From NCBI GenBank assembly GCA_003153125.1, contig PLWW01000083.1, forward strand, positions 60,676 to 124,323: a stretch of 63,648 nucleotides of DNA, read 5' to 3'. The notes under the pieces were generated by a model, which worked only from the letters and a program-made list of their open reading frames with translations, searched no databases and had not been told where the DNA came from. This DNA comes from Candidatus Dormiibacterota bacterium (GTDB lineage Bacteria; Chloroflexota; Dormibacteria; Aeolococcales; Aeolococcaceae). The translations under genes and the position numbers were made by a program. Positions 52,987 through 61,053 of this stretch are shown piece after piece. Position 1 is the stretch's first letter. Each line of letters starts with the position of its first letter.

Positions 52987-53512
52987 GTCCGACCTCCTTT
53001 CGCAGCGCCAATTCAGCGCGCCGCACCATTGTTCCAACCGCTCCCTGCTTGACGCCCATCGCGGTGGCCACCGCCGCATAGCTGAGGCCGCTGTGGCGGA
53101 GCACAAGAACTGTGGCCGCCCGTTGCGGCAACCGCGCCAGCGCAGCGCGCAACATCCGTCCGTCGTCGGCCTGCTCCGCCGCGACGGCGGGGTCGATGGT
53201 CTCTGCCGGGGAGGCGGCCAGCTGCTCACGCCGCGACCGTCTCCTGTCGGCGCGCAGGACGTTCAACGCGGCGTGCGCCGCGGCCGCGCACACCCACCCT
53301 CCGGCCCAGGCCTGCTCGCTGCAGTGGCGGCTGTGAAGGGCGAGGAAGGCGTCCTGGGCGACGTCCTCCGCCTTGCTGCGATCTCCCAGCACCCGAGTGG
53401 CGATGCCGACCACTCTGGCGTATTCAGCGCGAAAGACGCGATCGAACGCCTTGTCGGTGATCTCGGCGACGGTGGGGGGGACGGTCATGCGCCAGACGGC
53501 CTCTCCATTCAT
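52970..53512 (-). CDS. ECF-type RNA polymerase sigma factor
   Basis: Region 2 (AEDVAQDAFLAL) and region 4 (VLVLRHSGLSYAAVATAMGVKQGAVGTMVRRA). Confidence 0.87.
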   Translation of the reverse strand: MNGEAVWRMTVPPTVAEITDKAFDRVFRAEYARVVGIATRVLGDRSKAEDVAQDAFLALHSRHCSEQAWAGGWVCAAAAHAALNVLRADRRRSRREQLAASPAETIDPAVAAEQADDGRMLRAALARLPQRAATVLVLRHSGLSYAAVATAMGVKQGAVGTMVRRAELALRKEVGRAASQ

Positions 53513-53568
53513 ACATGTACAGCACCGCCGACGCCCATCCTGTGACGCGACGCGGCGCCGGAGCCCGG

Positions 53569-54477
53569 CTAGAAGTTGGCGTTGGCCAGCGGCACTGTGG
53601 CGTCGGGGAGGCTGCCGGCCTCGGCGGCGCCGGCCTCGGCGGCGCCGTCCTCGGCTGGAGCCGTTGGCGGGCCGGCACCGAGGCCGTAGGCGGCCATCGA
53701 GAGGCTGCCGTACGCGCAGCCATCGACGAGGACATCGAGGGTCTCGCCCGATGCGGCCGCAAGGCCCGCGACGAAGACGGACGGGAGGAAGTGCTCGGGG
53801 GTCGGCACCGCCATCGTGAAATCGGCGTGCCCGCGCAGGTCGAGGATCGACCCGGGCTCCTCGGTGAGGATGGCACGGGCGTCGCGGTCGAAGCGCTGCG
53901 CCCAGTCGAACCCGGTGTGCGGCCGGCTCCCGTCCATGCGGGGCAGGTTGTGGACGATGTTGCCGCTCCCCAGGATGAGCACGCCCTGGTCGCGGAGCGG
54001 CGCCAGGCGCCGGCCGAGGTCAAGGTGGTAGTCGAACGGCTTGGTGGCGTCGATCGACAGCTGCACAACCGGGACGTCGGCGTCCGGGTACATGTGGCAG
54101 AGCACCGACCAGGTGCCATGGTCGATGCCCCATTGATCGCCGTCGAGGCCGACCCACACAGGGTCGACGACACGCACCACCTCGTCGGCGAGGTCCGCGG
54201 AGCCGGGTGCGGCGTATTCCACGGCGAACAGGGCGTCGGGGAATCCATAGAAGTCATGGATGGTTCGGGGCCTTGCCATGGCGGTGACCGCGGTGCCGGT
54301 GATGTACCAGTGGGCCGAGACGGCGAGGATGGCCGCCGGCCGCGGAATCGCCGCGGCGAAGGCGCGCCAGGCATCGGTGTAATGGTTGTGCTCGAGCGCG
54401 TTCATGGGGCTGCCGTGGCCGATGAACGCCGCGGGCATGCGGGGCGCTGGCGTCGCGGTGGGAGAGACCCCGGTCAT
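53569..54477 (-). CDS. Class III extradiol dioxygenase (LigB family; 4,5-DOPA dioxygenase YgiD-like)
   Basis: MPAAFIGHGSPMNAL, ILAVSAHW, IDHGTWSVL, LILGSGNIVHNL. ATG 54477; the ORF track start is 54654. Confidence 0.85.
   Translation of the reverse strand: MTGVSPTATPAPRMPAAFIGHGSPMNALEHNHYTDAWRAFAAAIPRPAAILAVSAHWYITGTAVTAMARPRTIHDFYGFPDALFAVEYAAPGSADLADEVVRVVDPVWVGLDGDQWGIDHGTWSVLCHMYPDADVPVVQLSIDATKPFDYHLDLGRRLAPLRDQGVLILGSGNIVHNLPRMDGSRPHTGFDWAQRFDRDARAILTEEPGSILDLRGHADFTMAVPTPEHFLPSVFVAGLAAASGETLDVLVDGCAYGSLSMAAYGLGAGPPTAPAEDGAAEAGAAEAGSLPDATVPLANANF
53614..53655. repeat. 15-bp tandem repeat, about 2.8 copies, inside the dioxygenase 3' end
   Basis: GCCGGCCTCGGCGGC x2, then GCCGTCCTCGGC. 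It encodes the ...AEDGAAEAGAAEAG... tail on the minus strand. Confidence 0.8.
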
Positions 54478-54744
54478 CGTGACAGGATACGCACGATCGT
54501 CTCGCGCGCGGCTGGCGGGGAGCGGTCGTCGCGGTCGGTGGTCGCAGCGGCGGACCGTCAGCTGGTGCCGGCGTCGCGGGCAAGCCGCACGGCTGCAGAT
54601 CCTCCCGTCGCTTGAGACAACCCGCCCAGCATACGGGCAGCGGTTACCCGGCAACCCCCGGCTGGAGCCCGTTCGGGAGCGCCCTCGCCGTCGCCGGGGG
54701 AGGGCAGACGAGCCACGGCAGCCGGCTAAGACCGGCCCTCAGAA

Positions 54745-55052
54745 CTACTGATAATGCATATTCTCACGATACAGGGCCTCCGGCGTGCCACGGAGCGCGG
54801 CTTCCCTCCCCGAGGGCGTGTCGGCGCCCCCGTTCGGCCGACACGCTGCGAGGTGTGGGCGGTTCAGCACCTCTCCTGGACGCCCCCGCCACCCGAGAAC
54901 CCCCCGTAGAGCGCGTGCAGCGCGTCCGTGGCTTCCTGGAGTTGGGCGGTGACGGCATCCCGCGCGGGCCCGATGTCCAGGTCCGTCGCGCGGTCGACGG
55001 CGCCTCGACGCCCGCCGCGATGACCCCATGGATCCTGCAAGCTCCTGATAAT
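54745..55052 (+). other. AT-rich patch and two direct CTnCTGATAAT copies upstream of or within the recombinase 5' region
   Basis: CTACTGATAAT at 54745-54755 lies within the AT-rich stretch 54741-54775. CTCCTGATAAT is at 55042-55052, 297 bp apart. Confidence 0.4.
54816..54846. other. Perfect 10-bp-stem hairpin in the gene-free stretch
   Basis: GCGTGTCGGC (54816-54825) pairs with GCCGACACGC (54837-54846); 11-nt loop. Confidence 0.5.
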
Positions 55053-56114
55053 ACGGGCGTGGCCACCACCTCTGCGACCCGGCGGCGCCCCACCGCACCG
55101 GCCGCAACGCGGCTCCCCGCCTGGGCTGCCGAGATCCCCGGACCGTCGGATCCCCTCCCCGACCAGGTGCAGCAGTTCCTGGACTGGCTGCGCATCCAGC
55201 GCAACCGCCCGCTCACCACCGTGCGCGCCTACCGCCAGGACCTCGCCAAGTTCGTCGCCTTCCTGCGCCGCCACCCTCTCGCCGAGGATTTCACAGCGGC
55301 CGTGGACCGCGCCCTGCTCCGTCGCTACCAGGTCGAGCTCGCCGAGGTGCTCCCCAACCCGCGCACCCGCGCTCGCGCCCTGGTCGCACTGCGGCAATTC
55401 CTCTCCTACGCATACGACGAGGGCTGGAGCGAGGCCGAGCTGAGCCGGCAGGTGAGCGTGCCGCGTTATGTCGTCGGTGACCCTCACCCCGTGGCCACCC
55501 AGACGGTCCCGCGCCTCCTCGCCGCCCTCCCCACCGCGACACTGCGCGATCTCCGCGATCGGGCGCTCATCAATCTGCTCGTGAGCACGGGCTGCCGCAT
55601 CGCCGAGGCGTGTGCGCTCAACCGCGGCGATGTGCGCCGCGACGGCTTCCGCGTGCTCGGCAAGGGCGGCAAGCACCGCACCGTGTATTTGACCGCCGGT
55701 GCCCATGACGCTGTGCAGGACTATCTCCGTCTTCGCGGGCCCGACCCCGCCCCGGCGCTCTTCATCAGCGTGGCCAGACCGGACATCCCCGGGGGCCGGG
55801 CCCTCCCCCACAACCGGCTGACCACCGATGGCGCGCGCCACGCGCTGCGGGCACTGCGTCACCGCTTCAGCGTCGACCCGGCGCTCTTCGCGCTCATCGA
55901 CGACCTGCGCACGCCCCATGCAGCGCGGCACACGGCGGCCACGACGTTGCTCGAGGCGACCGACGGCGACGTCCGCCTCGTGCAGGAGGTGCTCGGACAC
56001 GCCACCCTGGAAACCCTCCGCGTCTACACGGAGATCACCGACAAGCGCAAACGGGCAGCCTATGAGCGTCTTGGCGACTACCTCGAGGAGGTCGGTACTG
56101 GCGCAGCCGGCTGA
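55020..56114 (+). CDS. Tyrosine site-specific recombinase (XerC/D / phage-integrase family)
   Basis: N-terminal SAM-like block (TVRAYRQDLAKFVAFL), then LVSTGCRIAEACAL, GKGGKHRTVYL, HAARHTAATTLL and LGHATLETLRVYT (R..HxxR..Y catalytic pattern). The start is uncertain. Confidence 0.82.
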   Translation: MTPWILQAPDNTGVATTSATRRRPTAPAATRLPAWAAEIPGPSDPLPDQVQQFLDWLRIQRNRPLTTVRAYRQDLAKFVAFLRRHPLAEDFTAAVDRALLRRYQVELAEVLPNPRTRARALVALRQFLSYAYDEGWSEAELSRQVSVPRYVVGDPHPVATQTVPRLLAALPTATLRDLRDRALINLLVSTGCRIAEACALNRGDVRRDGFRVLGKGGKHRTVYLTAGAHDAVQDYLRLRGPDPAPALFISVARPDIPGGRALPHNRLTTDGARHALRALRHRFSVDPALFALIDDLRTPHAARHTAATTLLEATDGDVRLVQEVLGHATLETLRVYTEITDKRKRAAYERLGDYLEEVGTGAAG

Positions 56115-56977
56115 AGCGTGTCCAGCCACCCCTCGACGACCTCGACGAAGCTGTCCGGCTGTTCGAGTTGTGGGACGTGGCCCGTGTCGGCCAGCACCCG
56201 GAAGTCCCAGTCCGGCCGAAGCGACGCCACGGCCTCGGACGCCGCCAGGCTGACGACGAGGTCGTGGTCACCGTGGATGAGCAGGGTGGGCGCACGCACC
56301 TCGAGGATGTGGCGGTGCAGGGTCCGCCGCCGCCACAGCCAGCGCACCAGTGACCGGGTCGCGTCCACCACCGCACGACCGGCCTGGTCCTGCGCGCCCC
56401 GCCAGCGGGTCAGCTCGATCTCCGCTTCGCGGGTGGCCGGGGAGACGCGCGACATGTCCACGGTGCACAGCCTCAGCACCTCGTCGACGAGACGCTCGGC
56501 GCCGCGGCGGCGGGAGTGGAGGCGGAGCAGCCACGGCCCCACCACCGGGGCCGCCATGACCAGGAAGGCGACGATGACCACGCTGGGCCGGCTGTAGCGC
56601 ACCCGCGGCAGCGCCGGGTCGACCAGCACCAGGGCCGCGATTCGCTGTGGTTGCCGGGACGCCTCGACGATGGCGATGAGCCCTCCCATCGAGTTGCCGA
56701 CGAGCACCACGCCCCGGCCGTTCGCGATGTGCTCGACAACCCGGTCGACCACCTCCTGGTTCTGCGTGATGGTCGCGGAGCGCCCGGCCAGCGGCGTGCG
56801 TCCGAAGCCGATCAGGTCCAGCGACCAGACGTGATGTCGCCGCGTCAGCGGCTCGGCGACGTCGCGCCAGTCGAGCAGCGAACCGCCGAGACCGTGCACC
56901 AGGAGCATCGGGGCGCCGTGACCGCCGTGGTCGACGATGTGCACCGGGCCGCCGACGTCGAGGGAGAGGTCGTCCAC
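56078..56977 (-). CDS. Alpha/beta hydrolase
   Basis: PMLLVHGLGGS and LVGNSMGG (GxSxG). Confidence 0.85.
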   Translation of the reverse strand: MDDLSLDVGGPVHIVDHGGHGAPMLLVHGLGGSLLDWRDVAEPLTRRHHVWSLDLIGFGRTPLAGRSATITQNQEVVDRVVEHIANGRGVVLVGNSMGGLIAIVEASRQPQRIAALVLVDPALPRVRYSRPSVVIVAFLVMAAPVVGPWLLRLHSRRRGAERLVDEVLRLCTVDMSRVSPATREAEIELTRWRGAQDQAGRAVVDATRSLVRWLWRRRTLHRHILEVRAPTLLIHGDHDLVVSLAASEAVASLRPDWDFRVLADTGHVPQLEQPDSFVEVVEGWLDTLQPAAPVPTSSR

Positions 56978-57019
56978 CGCTCGATGCTATCGCCTCGCCT
57001 CCCAGGGTCCGCCGCCGAG

Positions 57020-57475
57020 TCAGACCGAGGGGCGCCAGACGTTGCCGAGGACGCGCACCGGCCCCTCGAATTCCTCCGCCCAGCAGGCCAGCACCGCCTC
57101 CCCGATCGGGGGGTGCAGGTCGATCGTGGCCAACTCGTCGCGATCGTGCCAGGCCACGTCGTCGAGGACCCCGTCGCGACCGACGCGCAACGTCCCTCCT
57201 GGCGGTGTCGTGCCCGCAAAGACCAGGTTGAGCAGGTGCCGGCCGGCCGGCTCGATCGCCTCACACACCAGCACGAGCCGTCCGACGGTGACCACGAGCC
57301 CCGTCTCCTCGAGCATCTCGCGAACAGCGGCGCCGACCATGGTCTCTCCCGCCTCCACCCCGCCGCCGGGGAGGAGCCAGTGCCGCCGGCCGTGTTTCAC
57401 ATGCTCGGCGAGCAGGATCCGATCGCCGTCGCGGAGGCACACGGCGACCCTCACGCGGACGCCGTTGCTGCTCAC
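57020..57475 (-). CDS. NUDIX hydrolase
   Basis: LPGGGVEAGETMVGAAVREMLEETGL (Nudix box). GTG 57475; the ORF track start is 57550. Confidence 0.85.
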   Translation of the reverse strand: MSSNGVRVRVAVCLRDGDRILLAEHVKHGRRHWLLPGGGVEAGETMVGAAVREMLEETGLVVTVGRLVLVCEAIEPAGRHLLNLVFAGTTPPGGTLRVGRDGVLDDVAWHDRDELATIDLHPPIGEAVLACWAEEFEGPVRVLGNVWRPSV

Positions 57476-57505
57476 GCGGCGGATTATCCCTGCCCGCAGG
57501 CGGGC

Positions 57506-57534
57506 TTGACACGAACAGGTGTTCGATGTACGGT
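57506..57534 (+). promoter_or_regulatory. Promoter with embedded perfect SOS (LexA) box
   Basis: TTGACA (57506-57511), a 17-nt spacer, then TACGGT (57529-34). The spacer contains CGAACAGGTGTTCG (57512-57525), a perfect CGAAC-N4-GTTCG palindrome. Confidence 0.75.
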
Positions 57535-57540
57535 GGGCGC

Positions 57541-57891
57541 GTGGGAACATCTGTTTGGGGCGAGGCGCCCTTCATCACCGACCTCAGCCGCGCCGTTCGC
57601 CGTCCGCGCCGGCGGGGTCTGCGGCGCAACCCTCGGGTTGTCGCGGCCGGGGTGGTCACCGCCGCCATAGGTGTGCTGTTCCTCGGCAGCAACGTCTACG
57701 GCGGCTTCAACGTGGCCGCGCCGGCCCACATCAAGGTCCATGCCGGCGACACGCTGTGGGCCATCGCCGCCGGCCACTACCAGGGTGGTGATGTGCGCGA
57801 CCACATCGACCAGATCATCAGCCTGAACCACCTGGCTGGGAGTTCGATCAATCCCGGCGAGGACCTGCTCCTACCGGCACCCGGGTCGTAG
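57541..57891 (+). CDS. LysM-domain membrane protein, probable SOS-induced (YneA/ChiZ-like)
   Basis: One TM (VVAAGVVTAAIGVLFLG) plus LysM (HIKVHAGDTLWAIAAGHY...IISLNHL...INPGEDLLLP). GTG 57541 lies 7 nt after the -10 element, so the mRNA may be leaderless; the ORF track start is 57526. Confidence 0.75.
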   Translation: MGTSVWGEAPFITDLSRAVRRPRRRGLRRNPRVVAAGVVTAAIGVLFLGSNVYGGFNVAAPAHIKVHAGDTLWAIAAGHYQGGDVRDHIDQIISLNHLAGSSINPGEDLLLPAPGS

Positions 57892-58879
57892 CCGGCACCG
57901 GTTCCGGCACGGTTCGCCCGGCGTTCAGGTCGGCGAGCCAGGCCGCCGCGCCCGACGGGTGCGGACTGGGCCGGTCGCTGTCACGGCGCCGACCACCTCC
58001 TCCCCCATCATCATCGCCCCCGTCATCGTCTGCGGGCGCCTCGTTGAGCATGCGTACAAAGACGACCCCGAACGCCGTGAACAGCGCGATCTTGCTGACC
58101 AGTGCAATGCAAGCCCCGGCGATCTGCTGGTCGGTCAGGACATCGAGCCCGAAGAGGCGCGGAGCGCTCGCGTAGGTCGGGTAGAGCGCATGCTTGGCGA
58201 GGGCAACGGTGATGCCGCCGAAGGTCTGTGGGATCGTGGCCACGAGGATGTAGCCGAGGGTGGCCCAGCGGCTGAGCACGCGCCGATCACCAAGCGGCAC
58301 CACGATGGGCCACCAGAACATCGCCGAAGCCGCCAGCAGGGTCAATTGCTGGAGTGCGTACAGCTCCTGGTTGCGCAGAGAGGCGTCGTAGGCGCCCGTG
58401 AGGTGCCAGCCGAAGAAGGCCGCGTTGATGGCCACGATCCCGCTGAGGGGATGCACAAGAGCGCGGGCCACGCGACGCAGCGGCCGCGGCAGGACGACCG
58501 TGCATCTCGTCGGGAGCGCCAGGAGAAGCAGCGGTGGCACCACCCCCATGATCAGCGTGATCTGCGCGAGGTGGGCGGTCAGCAGGTAGTGCGACGCCAC
58601 TGTCTGAAGCGGCGACACCCACGCCGCCGCCAGGAGGAGGACGGCCGCGACACCCGACCATCGCCTCCAGGTCCAGCCTGGCTCGCCACGCATGGCGCGC
58701 GCCGACGCGACCACGATTCCGCCCACCGTGACCAGCCCCGCGGCGAGCACGGGGTCGAACGTCACTCCGGCCGGCGATGGCAGCACCCCCACACCGTAGC
58801 GCAGCGGCCGGCCTTTCGCGAGCCGGTCGAGCGGCTGTGAGGGGACCCGCGGCCCGCGGTGGCAGTCGGAAAAAGGCAT
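57848..58879 (-). CDS. Cytochrome c oxidase assembly factor CtaG-like (Caa3_CtaG family) membrane protein
   Basis: Polytopic: SHYLLTAHLAQITLIMGVVPPLLLLALP, HPLSGIVAINAAFFGWH, AMFWWPIV. Has a Gly/Asp-rich tail. The start is provisional. Confidence 0.68.
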   Translation of the reverse strand: MPFSDCHRGPRVPSQPLDRLAKGRPLRYGVGVLPSPAGVTFDPVLAAGLVTVGGIVVASARAMRGEPGWTWRRWSGVAAVLLLAAAWVSPLQTVASHYLLTAHLAQITLIMGVVPPLLLLALPTRCTVVLPRPLRRVARALVHPLSGIVAINAAFFGWHLTGAYDASLRNQELYALQQLTLLAASAMFWWPIVVPLGDRRVLSRWATLGYILVATIPQTFGGITVALAKHALYPTYASAPRLFGLDVLTDQQIAGACIALVSKIALFTAFGVVFVRMLNEAPADDDGGDDDGGGGGRRRDSDRPSPHPSGAAAWLADLNAGRTVPEPVPATTRVPVGAGPRRD

Positions 58880-59025
58880 GCTGGTGGCCCGAGGTGGGCG
58901 GCCGTCTGAGGGCTTGAGATCAGATGCGAGCCTGCGCGAAGGCCGCCGGAAGGCGTACAAAGGGTTCGGCGCGATTCGCGCGCGGCTCCGTGCGGCAGCC
59001 TGGAGTCCGTGTCCACGCATGAGCG

Positions 59026-59484
59026 ATGTCCACCAACCCCTACCAATTCTCGCTTCGGACCAGCCGGGTTCCCGGTGACGTCCTCGACGACGTGGCCGCG
59101 CGCCCGCTGCCCGGAATCGCCGTGGCGGAACGGGGCACCCACTACCTGGTCCTCCGACCGCTCAGCCGCCACCGCTTCGGTTCCGACCTCGCCGCGGGTG
59201 CCGCGGTGGTTATCGTCATGGCTGTTCTCATCGCCACAGCGTGGAACGTCGTCCTCATCAGCGCGCTGCCGCTGGCGATCCTGCCGGCGATCCCGCTGCT
59301 GCTGGACCGGCGCCGTCCCGACCTTGCCGTCAGCGCCGTCGCCGACGACAGTGGGGGGACCAGGGTGACCGTCCACGGCGAAGCGTCCGAGGAGCTGGCC
59401 GCCGCTGTCGACGCGTACCTCGGTGCACTGCCCGACGCGCCGCGCGTGGACGAACAGCCGGACCAGGTCGCGTCGACCGGCTAG
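59026..59484 (+). CDS. Hypothetical membrane protein
   Basis: 152 aa with two adjacent hydrophobic segments (AAVVIVMAVLIATAWNVVLISALPLAILPAIPLLL). I recognise no family. Confidence 0.5.
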   Translation: MSTNPYQFSLRTSRVPGDVLDDVAARPLPGIAVAERGTHYLVLRPLSRHRFGSDLAAGAAVVIVMAVLIATAWNVVLISALPLAILPAIPLLLDRRRPDLAVSAVADDSGGTRVTVHGEASEELAAAVDAYLGALPDAPRVDEQPDQVASTG

Positions 59485-59494
59485 GTTGCCCGGC

Positions 59495-60139
59495 TCAGCC
59501 GATCACCCGGATCACGGCTGTCACGACCCCCTCGATGGCGATGTCGCGAGGGAACATCGGCTCCAGGCTCGGATTCTCGGGCTGGAGGCGGACCCTGCCG
59601 TTCTCGCGGAAGAAGCGCTTGACGGTCACCTCGCCCTCGCCCGTGGTCTCGTTCTCGATGCGTGCCACCACGATGGTGCCGTTGGCCGGAGCATCGCGCC
59701 GCGGGCGCACGAGCACGATGTCACCATCGTTGATGCCGGCGCCGATCATGCTGTCGCCGTGCACGGTCAGGGCGTATGCGTCATCGCCGCCGGCGATCTC
59801 CGGACCGACAGTGATGTGGTCCTCCACGTTCTCCTCGGCGAGCACCGGGGTGCCGGCGGCGACGCGGCCGACGAGGGGCAGGCGCAGGACGTTGGATGCC
59901 ACGGGCAGCGTGAGCACCGCCTCGGCGCCAACCACCTCGACGGTCCGGGACTTGGTGGGGTCCCGCCGGATCAGGCCCTTGGTCTCGAGGGCGTTGAGGT
60001 GGTTCTGCACGGTGGACGAGGAACTCAGCCCGACGGCGTGGCCGATCTCGCGCACGGTGGGAGGGTAGGAGTGCTGGCGGGCGTGGGTGCGAAGGAACTC
60101 GAGGATCTGGCGCTGACGCCCCTCGACGGGCTCGGTCAT
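59495..60139 (-). CDS. lexA: LexA repressor
   Basis: RQRQILEFL...PPTVREIG...STVQNHLNALETKGLIRRD, the VAAGTP cleavage region, and GDSMIGAGINDGD...TVKRF. ATG 60139 follows GGAGG. Confidence 0.95.
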   Translation of the reverse strand: MTEPVEGRQRQILEFLRTHARQHSYPPTVREIGHAVGLSSSSTVQNHLNALETKGLIRRDPTKSRTVEVVGAEAVLTLPVASNVLRLPLVGRVAAGTPVLAEENVEDHITVGPEIAGGDDAYALTVHGDSMIGAGINDGDIVLVRPRRDAPANGTIVVARIENETTGEGEVTVKRFFRENGRVRLQPENPSLEPMFPRDIAIEGVVTAVIRVIG

Positions 60140-60194
60140 GTGTACCTCCAAGCCTTCTGTGGCCGCCGCAATGTACCACGGATCCGTCGATAGC

Positions 60195-60209
60195 GCAAAC
60201 GGATGTTCC
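60195..60209. promoter_or_regulatory. Candidate degenerate SOS box in the lexA promoter
   Basis: GCAAACGGATGTTCC is AAAC-N4-GTTC, one mismatch to GAAC-N4-GTTC. On the minus strand it overlaps a putative -35 element upstream of TACATT. Confidence 0.4.
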
Positions 60210-60348
60210 CATCCCGCCGCCGACCCGGGAGGCGGACTTTCAACGTTCCGGTGTCGAGTGCGTGAACGGCCGGTGCGCACGGCGGTCACAACGAGCACCA
60301 CGTCCTACGATGCTGAGGCTCCCACGGCACCCACGCAAGCATGGTCAA

Positions 60349-61053
60349 ATGAGTAGAACCGGCGCCCCGGCGCAGCAGCAGGCCTTTGATGAGGCAAACA
60401 TGGATGACCCGACGGTGCCCGTCCGGCAACCCGGCGGTGGCGCCCTGCCCGTCGTGATGCGCTGCGGCGAGGCTGGCTGCGACGCCCAGCCGGTCGAGGC
60501 GTGCGCCTATGTCGACAGCCGCGGCAACGCCTGCCGCACCCATTGGTGCGAGGAGCACGGTTCGGAAGTCTCCGGGCGGCGCTACTGCCGCCGTCACGCT
60601 GGGACCGTGGCGGCGCTGGGAAGCAAGGCCAACAATCCTCGCGCGCTCCCCGACGTCGGCCACCGCGGCGCGTCTTTGGTGCGCTGGGTCTACCGCGACC
60701 TCGACCCGGCACTGACCATCATCCTGGAGAAGGTCAGCCTCGCCAACGAGCACCTCCTCCGGGACACCGAGGTCGCGGTCGGCCGCGCCGCCGACGGCAG
60801 CCGCTGCTGGGAGATGAGTTGGAAGCTGGCGTCGCCGTCAGGGGTCCGTATGCGGATCACCCTGATGGTCGAGGAGAAGGACGACTCGGTCGTGTTTGTG
60901 CGCATGGGCGACAACGTCCTGGCCAGCGGGGTGCCACCGTGGATCGAGGCCCGCCGCTCAGGACAGACGCTGACCGAGGATGAGGACCGCGAGCAACGCC
61001 GCAGCTTCTACGCCTTCCTCGAGCAGTACCTCACCGAAGCAGTCAGCCAGTAG
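60349..61053 (+). CDS. Hypothetical protein with Cys/His-rich N-terminal region, divergent from lexA
   Basis: CGEAGC...C...C.THWCEEH...YCRRH, then a C-terminal domain I do not recognise. The start is provisional (60349 or 60400). Confidence 0.5.
   Translation: MSRTGAPAQQQAFDEANMDDPTVPVRQPGGGALPVVMRCGEAGCDAQPVEACAYVDSRGNACRTHWCEEHGSEVSGRRYCRRHAGTVAALGSKANNPRALPDVGHRGASLVRWVYRDLDPALTIILEKVSLANEHLLRDTEVAVGRAADGSRCWEMSWKLASPSGVRMRITLMVEEKDDSVVFVRMGDNVLASGVPPWIEARRSGQTLTEDEDREQRRSFYAFLEQYLTEAVSQ

Noticed and set aside
54612-55019. N-terminal extension of the recombinase ORF back to 54612
   Set aside because: The extension crosses the AT-rich patch and the hairpin, and its translation is not integrase-like. 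Homology to the SAM-like N-domain begins near 55160. A start at 55020 or later is more plausible, but this is unresolved.
54864-56129. 421-aa minus-strand ORF, including a protein-like tail (DAVTAQLQEATDALHALY) outside the recombinase core
   Set aside because: Most of it is antisense to the tyrosine recombinase. The tail has no in-frame start outside the recombinase antisense region. Codon-aligned antisense frames look coding in high-GC genes.
54478-57475. The recombinase plus neighbouring hydrolase and NUDIX genes as a defined integrated mobile element
   Set aside because: I found no long flanking direct repeats, no tRNA target and no compositional shift apart from the 35-bp AT-rich patch. 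Only the local repeat pair is reported.
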